A DNA stretch of 64,000 nucleotides from an uncultured Rivularia sp. GTDB lineage: Bacteria > Cyanobacteriota > Cyanobacteriia > Cyanobacteriales > Nostocaceae. The position numbers were made by a program, and so were the translations under genes. The stretch lies in assembly GCA_963665115.1 (NCBI GenBank), contig OY762007.1, positions 6,496,001 to 6,560,000 of the forward strand, in the 5' to 3' direction. Of this stretch, positions 32,977-45,409 are shown piece by piece (position 1 is the stretch's first letter; every line of letters begins with the position of its first letter). The notes beneath the pieces are model-generated. The model was given only the letters and a program-made list of their open reading frames with translations, did not search any database and was not told the origin of the DNA.

Positions 32977-33427
32977 TTTGTTATATCTTTCTTCGTTTAT
33001 ATATAGTTGCTTCTTAGTAGTTCTTGCATAGTCCTTTCTACAAAACTTTGAATAGGACTGATGTTGATGTTGTATGTTGACTGAGTTTTAGCCAATATTA
33101 CCAAGATTGCGATCGCTAAGCCATGCGAAAGCTTATTGCACTAGGTTCTTGCTCCAAGACTTAAAACATTTAGTTACTCTTTACAATTAAATACGTAAGT
33201 TTAACTAGTAAAGTCTGTGTATTGCTTGTAACGATATTTTATCCTTGTCAAAGAACTATTGTGTGAAGATTGTAAAAATATTTGCTATTGAATTAAGTAG
33301 TAATATTTTTACTATTCTCTTGATAAGTTTTATGACGATGTACTGAAAGCGGAACCTTTTATTTGAGCGTTCCCAGCCAAAGACTGGGAACCAGAATTAA
33401 ACGAGAATCAATAAGGCAAAATCTTAA

Positions 33428-34591
33428 TTAAGCAGATTGCTTATTCTTCTTCAACTTAGTTGCAGCAGCACCAAGGGCAAATACACCTAAACCTAAGATT
33501 GTTGCAGGCTCGGGTACTTTCTTGGTATCGTCATGACGGTTAACATTTAATACCTGAACGCGACCAGTGAAAAAGTCACCTACATAAACTTTGTCATCGT
33601 TGTAGCTTAAGCCACCACTCCAGTTAAACTTACCTGGCTCCAAGTCGTCAGGGTTAGTAGAAAAAGGTAGTTCTCCAGGTGCGGGAGGTCCGGGATTTTC
33701 TACAGGTCCGCCGAATACGTCTAATAAATTACCGTCTTTGTCAAATACTTGAAGGCGGCTGTTTTGAGAATCTGCAACGTAGATATTGTCTTGTGCGTCC
33801 ACGTCGATACCGATTGGCTCATTAAATTGTCCGGGTTCGGTTCCTTCAGTACCAAAGGCATAAAGGAAGTTCTCTTCCGAATCAAGTACCTGAATTCGGT
33901 TGTTAAACTGGTCGTTAATGTAAATATTGCCAGTAGTTTCAGATATAGCTAAACCAGCAGGGCCATCAAACTGTCCGGGTTCGGTACCCAAGCTGCCATA
34001 GGTTTTAACTAATTCGCCATCTCTACCATAAACCTTTATTTCATCAGCACTGAAATCGGTTACGTGTAAATTACCTTGACCGTCAAAATCGATACCACCG
34101 GGACCAAAGAACAAATCGCCAGGACCTTGACCGCTGAATGAACCAAAGGAAGTCACAAAATCGCCGGTATTAGGGTCGTATACGTCGATTTCGCTGTTGA
34201 AAACGTCAGCTACGTATAAGTTGCCGCTAATAGAATCGAATTTCAAATCTCCAGGTTCGTCTATACCTGCTCCTTTGCCCTGAACGCCAGTTCCGATAGC
34301 TCGAAGATAAGTACCGTCGGGACTAAATACGTCAACTCTGTTACCAACATTAGGAAGAAAACCATTTTCCCCTTGTGTTGGGTCAAAACCGCGACCGTTA
34401 CTTACATAGATATTACCGTCAGCATTGCTCTTTGCAACACCTTGGGGAACGAAAAGTTCTCCCGGTCCGAATCCCGGCGAACCAATTTGGCTATCGTATG
34501 TAAGGTTTATTGCTTTAGCTTCGGCAGTAGCTGCCAAAACCATAAATCCCGCACTCGCAAGCGCTAGTGATACATTTTTGACAAGTTTCAT
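33428..34591 (-). CDS. scyF: ScyF, NHL-repeat protein with signal peptide and PEP-CTERM
   Basis: Signal peptide ending AEAKA; NHL repeats (GQFDGPAG, YVADSQNSRLQVFD); VPEP + TM + basic tail. Confidence 0.92.
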   Translation of the reverse strand: MKLVKNVSLALASAGFMVLAATAEAKAINLTYDSQIGSPGFGPGELFVPQGVAKSNADGNIYVSNGRGFDPTQGENGFLPNVGNRVDVFSPDGTYLRAIGTGVQGKGAGIDEPGDLKFDSISGNLYVADVFNSEIDVYDPNTGDFVTSFGSFSGQGPGDLFFGPGGIDFDGQGNLHVTDFSADEIKVYGRDGELVKTYGSLGTEPGQFDGPAGLAISETTGNIYINDQFNNRIQVLDSEENFLYAFGTEGTEPGQFNEPIGIDVDAQDNIYVADSQNSRLQVFDKDGNLLDVFGGPVENPGPPAPGELPFSTNPDDLEPGKFNWSGGLSYNDDKVYVGDFFTGRVQVLNVNRHDDTKKVPEPATILGLGVFALGAAATKLKKNKQSA

Positions 34592-34778
34592 CGTTGAAAT
34601 TCCTGATAGGGCTAGTTATACTTTTGATTAGGTATTGTGTCCAGGTCTTGTCCTGGAACTCTTACAGTAAGTTGCTGCTCATTTCCTAAAACAGCAATTT
34701 ACTGCTTCTTTTTACTTAGTAATTTCTAAGTATTTAATTATCAAGTACCAGCTATTGATAATTGATAACTGATAACTG

Positions 34779-36227
34779 TTAAAGAACTTCAACCTTGTCC
34801 AAAATTTCTTCTAGCTTCTCTTCTTGACGCTTGCGCTTGCCATATTTAGAAGCCGCACCAGCCGCAGCAACTCCTAATAAACCAATTATGGAAGCAGGCT
34901 CGGGGACTTTTGTAGGTTTTTCACCACTTTTACCTAAATCAATTCGGACTAATTGTCCCTGCTCTGCTAGACGAGCGCGGTTTGCAGTATACAAAGAACC
35001 ATCGCGATAAGTTAAACCGGAAGCAGCTTCTAAACCGTTACCGTTCCAGATTGTTTCGCGAGTTCCGTCAGCAGCAACTTTGATAATTGAACTGCTGATA
35101 TCGCCGATTACTTCACCACCTTGAAGAATGTTCTTCCATTCGGAGGTGTTCATGTGTTGCAGTACGTACAAGGAGCCTTCTTCGTCGTATGCGGTACCAG
35201 TTAACTGAGTGAAGCCGTCACCACCGTTGGTAATTGTTTCCTCAATATTCAGATCGCTATCAACTGAATAAAGACGCGCTCTACCTTCTGGATAGGGGAA
35301 GTAAGAGTATTCAGAAACTGTGAAATCACCATCGGGAGATTGAGTAATTCCTGTAGGTACTGATTGGAATGTGATCGGAAAATCTTGACTTGCTTCTTCT
35401 CCTTCTGCTCCTGGAGGTGGGCCGCTTGGTGCTTCGCCACCTTGACCGTTGATTGCTGGTAATCCGGGTGCATCAGATGGTTGTTCTCCATCTGGAATTT
35501 CACCAGGTGGTTCAAAGCTGGGGAATTCCAGTTCGCTTTGATCGACAGGTAGGATAGGGAACGCTGCTACTTTTTCAATGCCGCCTCGATCGAGTGGTGT
35601 TTTCCAAATTACGTTCGCACCACCATCAACTACGAAAGCAGTGTTGTCCTTAATCGTCATCGCATAAGGATTGGTGATGATATCGCTACCATCGGGATTG
35701 TTATCTACTTCGTACTGAGCAAAGTCAGCAACTTCTCTTCCTAACGCACCATTTGCTAGGTCTACTTGATATAACTTTCCGAGGGTAGGAGATTGCAAGA
35801 TAGGTCCGCTAGTAGAAGGATCTCCCGCATAACCCATCAATAGATATGCGTTCCCTTGACTATCAAATTTGAAGTCTGCTGGGCCTGCTGCTTGTTCTCC
35901 AAAGGGAGTTAAAGCTAAAGAAGCCAAATCTGGAATAACTGTTTGGGTGCTACCGTCGGTACCGATTTTAAGTAAGGAACCAGTATCACCCGCACATAAA
36001 GGGATAAATTGCGAGCTTGGAGATGGAACGCATCTTCCATCTTCTCCAGTTCCACCTTTTCCGCTGGTTGTTAGATAAATATTTCCCTCGGTATCAAAGT
36101 CGAAGTTACGAGGGTTATCTAATCCGTCAGCTAATACTGATAAGGAGGCTGCTTGTGCTGCTGCCGTTCCAAACATGGAGGCAATACTTACTGTGAAAAG
36201 CGTTAAAGCAATTGACTTGAATTTCAT
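34779..36227 (-). CDS. scyE: ScyE (ScyD/ScyE family) with signal peptide and PEP-CTERM
   Basis: Signal ending AAQA; ADGLDNPR, CVPSPS, QSVPTG, FPYPEG, GFTQLT; VPEPASIIGLLG + KRKR. Confidence 0.88.
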   Translation of the reverse strand: MKFKSIALTLFTVSIASMFGTAAAQAASLSVLADGLDNPRNFDFDTEGNIYLTTSGKGGTGEDGRCVPSPSSQFIPLCAGDTGSLLKIGTDGSTQTVIPDLASLALTPFGEQAAGPADFKFDSQGNAYLLMGYAGDPSTSGPILQSPTLGKLYQVDLANGALGREVADFAQYEVDNNPDGSDIITNPYAMTIKDNTAFVVDGGANVIWKTPLDRGGIEKVAAFPILPVDQSELEFPSFEPPGEIPDGEQPSDAPGLPAINGQGGEAPSGPPPGAEGEEASQDFPITFQSVPTGITQSPDGDFTVSEYSYFPYPEGRARLYSVDSDLNIEETITNGGDGFTQLTGTAYDEEGSLYVLQHMNTSEWKNILQGGEVIGDISSSIIKVAADGTRETIWNGNGLEAASGLTYRDGSLYTANRARLAEQGQLVRIDLGKSGEKPTKVPEPASIIGLLGVAAAGAASKYGKRKRQEEKLEEILDKVEVL

Positions 36228-36384
36228 AATTTGTGAAATTGATTAGTAGTTTATGGAATAAATGCGGTTCTTTAAAGAACAGCCCCGATTGTTGGGATAT
36301 AAATATCAAGCAGATTGTTGGCTTGAAACTTTTTTCCGTTCGTATAACTTGCGTTATTGACAATCCATAACGCGCCACTAGATA

Positions 36385-37518
36385 TCAAGAACGGGGAATA
36401 TTTTTAGGATTATCAACTCTGATAACCTGTCCGATTCCCGGACAACCGCCTCTATTGATGATATAAAAAGCACCATCGTGACCTATTGTTAAAGCAGAAG
36501 GCATTTCTAATCCATTACCCTCGATGAGCGTTGTCCGTTCGCCTTTAGGAGAAATTTTAATCAAGGCTCCATCTGGTTTTCCTTTCCAGCCAGACTGATT
36601 CATATGTTGTAAAACATACAAATTACCCTCAGCATCAAAGGTCATATCTATTAATTGCGTAAATCCATCGGCGAAAACTTCTAACTCGCCGTTCGCACTA
36701 ATTCTATAGATTTTTGCTTCACCTTCAGGGAAAGGAAAGCCACTAAATTCGCAAACGTAATAAGCACCATCCGCGCCTTTAACAACATCCGTAGGTACCG
36801 ATTGAATCGACATTTGGGATGGTGGTGCTTGATGATAAGCTCCGGGCGCTGGTACGTGCCCTCGGTCGAAGTTTTGCGATTTAGCACCAGGTAATATTGG
36901 ATTAGTTAATATCCGTTCGGGAATCGCAGCAATTAAGTTCAAATTGCTGCCGTCAGTATTTACGCTGAAGAGACTGTTCGCGCCCGCATCAACCACTACC
37001 AATTTATGCTCATCTACGTATAAAGACAAGGGGTTGCTGGCAACTTCATTATCCTTTAATACAATCTTATTAATTACTTCACAATTAATGATATCTGCTA
37101 CACTTGACCAGGTATTATTACTCTCATTGAATGTAATAATTGTTCCCAAACTGGTATCGCCAAGAGATTCGCGAAAAGCTGGATTAGCTGCATAACCTAA
37201 TAGAACATAAGCTGTTCCATTTGCATCAAACTTGATATCGTGAGGACCGGCAGCACCCGAACCATCGGGGAATGCCACGGAAGGCAATCCGGTCAAAATA
37301 CGTTGAACTATGCCATTTTCAATTTTGCAAATAGCACCACTAAAACCGTAGTGTAAATCGCCTTGACCGCTAGGAGAAGGAATGATAGATCCATCTCCAC
37401 CAATTCCGGCTTCTGTGACATACAGACTACCGTCGGGAGCAAATGTTAACCCCTTTGGATTATTAAGACCTTCGGCGAGTATTGTAAAAGTTGTATTTGT
37501 GAGTAGCTTTGCTGTCAT
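36385..37518 (-). CDS. scyD: ScyD (ScyD/ScyE family), no signal peptide or PEP-CTERM visible
   Basis: AEGLNNPKGL, YVTEAG, GLPSVA, DAGAN, QSVPT, GFPFPEG, DGFTQL; lies between scyC and scyE. Confidence 0.8.
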   Translation of the reverse strand: MTAKLLTNTTFTILAEGLNNPKGLTFAPDGSLYVTEAGIGGDGSIIPSPSGQGDLHYGFSGAICKIENGIVQRILTGLPSVAFPDGSGAAGPHDIKFDANGTAYVLLGYAANPAFRESLGDTSLGTIITFNESNNTWSSVADIINCEVINKIVLKDNEVASNPLSLYVDEHKLVVVDAGANSLFSVNTDGSNLNLIAAIPERILTNPILPGAKSQNFDRGHVPAPGAYHQAPPSQMSIQSVPTDVVKGADGAYYVCEFSGFPFPEGEAKIYRISANGELEVFADGFTQLIDMTFDAEGNLYVLQHMNQSGWKGKPDGALIKISPKGERTTLIEGNGLEMPSALTIGHDGAFYIINRGGCPGIGQVIRVDNPKNIPRS

Positions 37519-37849
37519 TTATAAAAAAATAAGTTATTTGTGCTTAAGATTATTCGGGACTAACGCAATAGCAGCTAAAAGCTAGTATTTTATCTGGTTC
37601 AAATTACCCTAACCTCCCTTACGTAAGGGAGGTTATACGGGTAAAATCCCGATCGCCTATAAAATTAGTAGAAAGCACCCCGATCAAAATATTATTCAAA
37701 TTAAGAACGTTCAAAATCCAAATTTGTTAGATGTTGGATTAATCTAAGAATGGTATTCTCAAATATTTTCAAAGACTTTAAAGCTTTTAATTTTCGATTT
37801 TTTCAATACGGAAACTCTTAAAAAAGATTCCAATCCAAAATCTAAAATC

Positions 37850-38800
37850 CTATTGCGGAATATAGCTCATCCCTCTGTTAAAGCTTTCCATATTGCCAGC
37901 TTTGCTTTCGAGCATCCGCTTAATGTTCATACTTTCAGCACCTAAATCTTCAATTTGCAATTTGCCGTGAACCTCAGATTTATCAGCTTTCCAAAAACTA
38001 ATTCTATGCATAATAAAACCTGGAGCTTCGGGATCTGCAAATGCATAAGAAGCTGGTATTAACAGCATAGGAGTCCGCTGATAATATTCATGTTCTGGAT
38101 AGTAAAACTCTTGTTCAAGCAAATAATATTTACTCAAACTATGTAGCTGGATGCTCGCTTTGACTTTCTGATTATATTCATCTCTAAACTCACCCTCAGA
38201 GGCAGTAATCTCACCATCGGGTTTGAGCAAATGCGCCCATTCATCCATATTCCGCAAGTCTTGTAAAAATTCGATACCCATTTCAATTGGCGCATCGACG
38301 TATATAGTGTCAGTATCTACAAAGTGCTTCCCTTTTGCTGCACTAGTAAAACCTTCTTTACGTTCGAGATTTGCTTTCAAAGAACGACATTCAGAAGTAT
38401 GTACCGTATGAATGCCTTGCATAATCATTCCAGTTTGCCGCTTGGGATCGACAAAACTTAACCAATGAAAATATACGCCTTTTTCGTCGGTTCCCGGTTC
38501 AATATAATCGGTAGGGAAAAGTAATACGGGGTAAACTTGGTAATATTTTTGATATTCCAACCCACAGTGCCATTCTATGCCGTAAAACTTCGGATTTTCT
38601 AGTTTTTTGACGTGATAGTAAAGGTCTTCATGATAGCCGGAGGCTGTTCCTCTGTAGGTATCCTCGTCAATCTTTTCTTTCATTCGGCTAAACAGCGTCC
38701 ATTCATCCAAATTCTTTAAACTACAAAGATAGTTAAAGGCTGTTTTTGGTGAAGTTGCAATATAAGCTGATGTCGCAAACGTATTTTTTTCCATTGTCAC
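37850..38800 (-). CDS. scyC: Scytonemin cyclase/decarboxylase ScyC
   Basis: EKNTFATSAYIATSP, LKNLDEWTL, GIEWHCG, HTSECRSLK; follows scyB. Confidence 0.93.
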   Translation of the reverse strand: MTMEKNTFATSAYIATSPKTAFNYLCSLKNLDEWTLFSRMKEKIDEDTYRGTASGYHEDLYYHVKKLENPKFYGIEWHCGLEYQKYYQVYPVLLFPTDYIEPGTDEKGVYFHWLSFVDPKRQTGMIMQGIHTVHTSECRSLKANLERKEGFTSAAKGKHFVDTDTIYVDAPIEMGIEFLQDLRNMDEWAHLLKPDGEITASEGEFRDEYNQKVKASIQLHSLSKYYLLEQEFYYPEHEYYQRTPMLLIPASYAFADPEAPGFIMHRISFWKADKSEVHGKLQIEDLGAESMNIKRMLESKAGNMESFNRGMSYIPQ

Positions 38801-38842
38801 CCCTTTTCAATTATCAATTAACAATTACCAATTATCTGTAAC

Positions 38843-39925
38843 TCAGTTTTTACCGTTTTTAGATCCAGATGTTGCTAAAACCTTTTTAAGATTTTTAGCG
38901 TTAGCAATTCTTTCTTCTGCTAATTGTTTAGAAGCATCATCTGTGGTAATTTGTTGCTTCTCGGCTCGGTCAAAGATTTCAAGTAAAGTATTGTAGATAT
39001 TTCTTACTTGCTTAAAGGCTTTCTCTTCGTTATAACCAATCATTTCGTTATAAACGTTGATTAATCCTCCGGCATTAATTACATAATCAGGAGCATATAG
39101 AATGGATTTTTCTACAAGCTTCATTCCGTCTGGTTTCTCTTCACCTAGCTGATTGTTAGCAGCACCAGCAATTACACTCGCTTTTATTTGAGGAATTGTC
39201 TCGCTATTAAGAATTCCACCTAAAGCACAAGGAGAAAATACATCAACATCAAGACCGTAAATTTCTGAAGGTTCTATTACCGTAGCACCAAATAAACGCT
39301 CGATCTCTTCTGTTCTTTCTTCATTAATATCGGTAACAAAAAGCTTTGCACCGTTTTCATGTAAATGACGGCAAAGGTTTGTACCAACATTTCCCAGCCC
39401 TTGAACTGCTACTTTTAGTCCTTTTAAATCGGAAGTTTTTAAGCGAAACTCCACAGCCGCTTTTAAACCTAAAAATACTCCCCATCCAGTTACAGGTGCG
39501 GGACCACCGGACTTTTCTTCAACACCTACAACATGATTAGTTTCTCGACTAATTTTTCTGACATCTTCCGGGGTCATGTTGACATCTTGACCCGTGATAA
39601 AACGTCCGTTCAGGCTGTTGACAAAACGCCCGTAAGCATATAGAAGTTCGTCTGTTTTATGTTTAGGATTACCAATAATTACCGCTTTACCTCCACCAAC
39701 CGGAATGTTAGCGCAAGCAGCTTTATAAGTCATACCACGACTCAAACGTAAAGCATCTTTTAACGCAGCTTCTTCCGAGACATAAGGCAACATTCTTGTT
39801 GCTCCCATCGCAGGTCCCAAACTTGTATCGTGAATAGCAATTATTGCTTTGATATCTGGGTCTTTACCATTACAAAACAATACTTGTTCGTGACCCATTT
39901 CTGTCACATTATCAAAAAGATTCAA
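38843..39925 (-). CDS. scyB: Tryptophan dehydrogenase ScyB (Leu/Phe/Val dehydrogenase family)
   Basis: AIHDTSLGPAMGATR, RGMTYK, GGGKA, QGLGNVG, GAANNQL. Confidence 0.95.
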   Translation of the reverse strand: MNLFDNVTEMGHEQVLFCNGKDPDIKAIIAIHDTSLGPAMGATRMLPYVSEEAALKDALRLSRGMTYKAACANIPVGGGKAVIIGNPKHKTDELLYAYGRFVNSLNGRFITGQDVNMTPEDVRKISRETNHVVGVEEKSGGPAPVTGWGVFLGLKAAVEFRLKTSDLKGLKVAVQGLGNVGTNLCRHLHENGAKLFVTDINEERTEEIERLFGATVIEPSEIYGLDVDVFSPCALGGILNSETIPQIKASVIAGAANNQLGEEKPDGMKLVEKSILYAPDYVINAGGLINVYNEMIGYNEEKAFKQVRNIYNTLLEIFDRAEKQQITTDDASKQLAEERIANAKNLKKVLATSGSKNGKN

Positions 39926-40075
39926 TATACCTGCTCCTACTAGATGAAAAATTAAATAAATACAATAAAGGTGGTTAGTGGTTAGTTGTTAATGGTTAGT
40001 GGTTAACAAGTAATCACCAGGGAGCAAGATGCTCCCACTACAGCAAAACTCTTAACAGACTACAACTAACAAGAC

Positions 40076-41924
40076 TTAAATATTCGGAAATGACGCTTGT
40101 ACTTTTGGTTTCTGTTCGGAAGTTGATTTAACTCCTTGAGAAGCCAGACCTTTATTACGTCCTTTAGAAGGAGCAGGGTCTATCTGGATCGATCAGAACA
40201 TCGATTATTACTGGACCATTTGCGGCGATCGCCTTTTCTAATGCTGCTGTAATTTCAGATTCTTTAGTAACGCGAATACCTTCGGCTCCCATTCCCCGAG
40301 CGACCATTTGAAAATCTGTCTCGGGCATGATTGCATCTGCGCCGGTCATGCCTAACATTTTCATGCCTTGATGGCACATATTGTAGCGAGCATCGTTGAG
40401 GACAATCCAAATTGCCGGAATCTGATATTTTACTGCGGTGCTGATTTCGTTATTCATCAACATCGCTCCGTCTCCCACAATGGCTACGGCTTTTCCATTT
40501 CTAGCGCTCGCGGCACCAACAACACCAGTGACAGCGTGTCCCATCGCGCCGACTCCAGTACTAACTCGATAGCGATTAGCTTGGTTAAATTGCAAAAGAT
40601 TTGTTGACCAAGTGAACGAGTTGCCGCATTCAGCCATAACAACCGCATCGCTACCGTCAACAATTATATGCTGAATCGCTTCCATTAAAGCTTCTGGTCT
40701 AATGGGTGATTCTTGTCCGGGTTCTACCGTGGAACGTTCCGGCTTGGGTAATGATGAAGGTTGAGATGCTTTAATTTGTGACTGTGAATTTTCGTCAGCT
40801 TCTAAAACACTTAGCAATTGCAAAACAAAGGCTTTAATATCAGACTGAATTCCCAAAGTCTCAGCATGAGGATAAGCGACTCCTGGAACATTAGGATCTA
40901 TATCGACATGGATGAAACCTCTTGAAGGAACCATATCCTGATTCCAAAATGAAGTCGGTTCGCTCAAACGACTTCCCAATACTAAAGTGCGGATAGGAGC
41001 CTGTTCTTGCATATATGTCATCGCTGAGCCGTGCCCGCCTAAACCAGTTACCCCAATAAACTGAGGATGGTTTTCTGGGAAAATTCCTTTACCCCGAGGA
41101 GAACACATTACTGCTGCTCCAGTTTTTTCGGCAAGCTGACGAATTTCCGCAGCCGCGCCACGGGCACCAAATCCCAACCAAATGGCAAATGTACCTTCAG
41201 AAAGTAACTTAACTGCATTCGCAACAACTTCCGAACTCGATGTTACTAAAGAACAGCTAATGCCTTGCTCTGGCAATAGAGTCTCATCCATACTCATATT
41301 TTGTACCGCTGTAGGTATGGTTATATGAGCAACATACCCTCCGGGCTGGGAAAGTCCCAAAGCAAGTTTACGAAATATTTGCGGCAATTGAGCGGGAGAT
41401 TCCACTGTGCTAGCATAATTAAACACCGTACCCGTGGTGAAAATACCACTACTTGGTAAAGTGTCGGTACTGGTTTCCTGAATTGCCCACCGTCCCCGTT
41501 GCGCTGCTGAGGTGCAAGCTGACAGCAAAATCACTTTTGCACCTTCGCCACGCGCAGCAAATAATCCGGTTAAAGCATTCGTTATACCAGGTCCTGCTGT
41601 GGTAAACACCACAGTGGGATTACCGCTAGCAAAATAACCTTCCGTAGCAGCAAACGCCGCTCCAGCCTCATGGCGGAAATTCAATACATCAACATCGCTA
41701 TTGGATAAAGCGCCCCAAAGTGATGCCATCGCACCTCCGGAAACTCCGTAGGCCGATTTTATTCCTAACTTTTCACACATTTGAGCTAATGCATCAGCAA
41801 CAGCCATATTCTCGTTGCTGTCTTCAGTAGACTCGCTTACTATCGCTTGTGCATAACTTTGCTTAAGAGCTTCTTGCTGTTCTACGCTCGTAGAAGAAGC
41901 TCTTTTAGTAACATTTTGAACCAT
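40076..41924 (-). CDS. scyA: ThDP-dependent acyloin synthase ScyA (+1 base at 40176-40178 shortens the called ORF)
   Basis: FRHEAGAAF, TTAGPG, GDGAMLM...ND ThDP motif. Removing one base extends the end to DPDRPAPSKGRNKGLASQGVKS...FPNI* at 40076. Confidence 0.95.
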
Positions 41925-43325
41925 TATTTAATATACGCTCCCTGAACTAGGGTTGGGTGTACCTAACTATTTAATATTCACAGCTTTTCGGATGCGCTTT
42001 CAATGACACTCGAAACTTATGGCTATGCTTCCTTACTGTTTCCTTATAACTTCACACCCAGCCTTACAAACACCGGGAATGGTTAATTACCACTTTTGCC
42101 GTCAGTAGAAAAATTTAACTATAGAAGCAAAACAACCAGGACTCTGTGTTTATAAAAACAAGCCTACATAAATGTTGCATATTACTGCAATGAAAAATCT
42201 TTTGATCGCATTGCCTATTTTTTTGCTTTTCTTTACATTTAAAATCAATCTAATAAGCAAAGTTAGTAAATAAATATACTAAAAAATATTTATTTACACT
42301 CAATTAGTTAGGCTGGGAAGTCTATTGTTTATTAGGTTATCCGGTTTTTAACGGATATATTGTCTAATAAATAAATTATTTATACGTTTTTTATTTAAGT
42401 CTATACACTGAGATAATTAGGTTGGATTGCAATACTGAACAATGCCTAAAATCATCAAACTCAATCTACAATCAAAATAATTAATAATAAATACTAAAAT
42501 ACACCTAAAGATAGATGCAGACATATATCAAGTGATTTTTTGTCCTTTGCAAGTATGTCTTGTGGGAGATGTAGCAAAGTTAAAATTTATAGTTAAATTT
42601 TTAAAGAATAATGAGAAAATTAATTAAGCAAAATAAATTAGATTTAGCTGTAATTTGTTTTTATTAAGCAGTAATTCTTTCTCGATTATCCCAATTAAGC
42701 AGTAAAATCAACTATATATTTCCAAAAGTATAATTTTTTATACAAAGTAAATCTTCCGTAAAAATATTTGTATCTAAGTAGCTTTCAAGCATGAAGAACT
42801 AATTACAATTATTTATGCTTTAAGGTATATAGAGTAGTGAAGTAATGCATTTTTTTGATGATAGCTACTTTTATCTCTATCTAAAGCCTTTTTTGATTCG
42901 ATCCAGGTTTTAAATCTTTAATCGGGTTATATAGCAATAATATGCTGCATAATTAGATAAGCATGATTCATAAACTTTTTGACATTACACAGAACAAGCT
43001 TGTTTATACAAAAAAGTTTTTTATGAGTTAAGTGTTTAAGTTGTTAATGATACATCAATTGATTCAAACTCAACTTTATAAAGCAATTGTGAAATTTTTT
43101 GTAAAGTTATATGAATTATTTACGTTTTTTGATAAGTTATTTTAAGCAAAGGTATACGGCGGGTTTATAGCAAAGTGACTTTTCTGCTTTTAACAGTAAG
43201 TAAAAATGCTTATCGAAGTTAGAAGCGATTATTAGCGGTAACTTGGAACTTTTTACAACCGGGCGTTGCAATCTTGCTTGAACCTCTCAATGATTAAACC
43301 AGCATAGCGGAGCATATACTTTCTT
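41925..43325. promoter_or_regulatory. 1.4-kb AT-rich divergent control region between scyA and the sensor kinase
   Basis: No ORF in the track and divergent flanking genes; individual sites were not identified. Confidence 0.6.
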
Positions 43326-45276
43326 ATGATTATTGAACCCAACTCTAAAATCAGATTGGAGCTGCAAGAAGAGTTTAAATTAGCTCAAATACTAATTAAT
43401 CATTCTAAAGATGCTGTATTTTGCGTAGAAGAAAATGGTCAGTTTCTCTACGTCAATAACGCAACTTGCTCGCTTGTTGGGTATTCCCGATACGAAATAC
43501 TTGGGATGAAGTTACGAGAAGTCGATGCTAATTGGGAATGGGAAAAATGGTTGCAGCAATGGGAATTACTTAAGCAACAAGGTTCGATAAGCTTTGAGAC
43601 TTGCTATCGAGATAAGGTAGGTAAGGTGTTTCCCGTTGACATCACTCTTATTCTGGAAGAATTAGGAAGTAAACAAGTATGTTGCGTGTATGCTTGCAAA
43701 GATAATCGTGAGTCGCAAAACTGCGCTTCGCAATCGGATGTAGTAGAGTCTCCAAACATCAGAGATGGTTTGGAACAAGAAATTGTTGAATATCAGAAAA
43801 CAGGTGATGATTTAAAGAATTCTCTTTCTTTGCTAAGTTCAACTTTAGAATCTACAGCTAATGGCATACTTGCAATCAACTTTGATGGAGAGATACTTTA
43901 TTACAATCAGAAATTTATAGATTTGTGGAATCTGCCACCGGAAGTAAGTATATCAAGGAACTGTAGTAAAGCAAAAGATTTTTTTGAGAGTCAAATTGAA
44001 GATGTAGAGGTGTTTCGTTCGCATATTTGGGAATTACCTACCAAGTCTGATTCAGAAACCTACAATTTGTTAAAGTTAAAAGATGGAAGAATATTCGCAC
44101 ACTACTCAGAGCCTTATAGACTCAATGGCAATATTATTGGTAGAGTGTGGAGTATCTGGGATATTACAGAATCAAGGCGAACGGAGGAAGCATTAAAGCG
44201 GAATGAAGCGAGATTCCGTACTTTAGCCCAAAATACGGAAGCTGGGATTATTTTAGTTCATAATAACTATGTTTGTTATGCCAATAGAGCAGCAGAGATG
44301 CTAACCGGCTATTCAATAAAAGAATTAACTCACAACAATTTCAAATTTGAACAATTAGTTCAAGTAAGACAACACAGACAAGTACGCAAGCAAGATGGAG
44401 CTACTACTTGCCAGTACCAAGAAATGCAGATTCGCACAAAACAAGGTTTGTCTCGCTGGTTAGCTTGTACCTTAGAGCGACTCGATGGAGTGCTTGACTT
44501 TGCGGGGAAAGAAGTGGAGATGATTACAGCAATTGATATTACCGACTATAAGCAAGCCGAATCGGAAACTCCGTCAAGCATTAGAACAAGCAAAAAGGTT
44601 AAGCGAACTCAGAAAGCGCTTTGTTTCAATGCTTTGTCATCAATTTCGTACTCCACTCAATGTTGTTTCTTTCTCATCTGACTTACTCAGACGCAATATT
44701 CATCAATGGAGTGAAGAGAAAAATCACTCTTATCTTGACTTAATTCAAGATGCTGTAGAGCAAATAAGCGAACTACTTGATGAAATTTTGTTATTTGGTA
44801 AAGCTGAAGCAGATACATTAAAGTGCGAACCAAGACAACTCGATCTCAAGCAATTTTGCCAAGATATTATAGCACAGATTTATTTGGCAGGAGGCAAGCA
44901 AAAAACAATTAACTTCCGAAGCGAAGGTGAATGTTCGACTCGAAGTGTAGATCCTAAATTATTGCATCATATTTTGACTAATTTACTTTCTAATGCCGTT
45001 AAATATTCCATAGGTAGTAATGCTGTAGCTTTAGAGCTTATCTGTGGAGAAGATGATGTGACTTTCAAAATCAAAGATAAAGGTATTGGGATTCCAGCAG
45101 TAGATCAAATTCAGATATTTGAGCCATTTTATCGAGGCAGTAATATTGACAGTATACCTGGTACCGGACTGGGTTTATCCATCGTAAAAACTCTCGCAGA
45201 TTTACATGGATGTAAAATTTCGCTGTCAAGTGAAGTTGGTGTAGGAACGATTTTTACCTTAAAAGTCCCATCTTGA
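43326..45276 (+). CDS. Multi-PAS sensor histidine kinase of the scytonemin cluster (+1 A at 44566-44568)
   Basis: Three PAS-like segments (YVNNATCSLVGY, YYNQKF, YANRAAEMLTGY); H box HQFRTPL, NLLSNAVKY, DKGIGI, GTGLGL. Positionally equivalent to Npun_F1277. Confidence 0.9.
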
Positions 45277-45409
45277 AAAAAACCGAATTTTAAGACTGAC
45301 CAATATTTATTTATTTTTAAATTAGCGATCAATTATATAGCTAAGAAAAATTTTACATCCTTGTTAGCTCGGCATAAATTCCCAAACTTAATCTTTATCG
45401 CAATAAATC

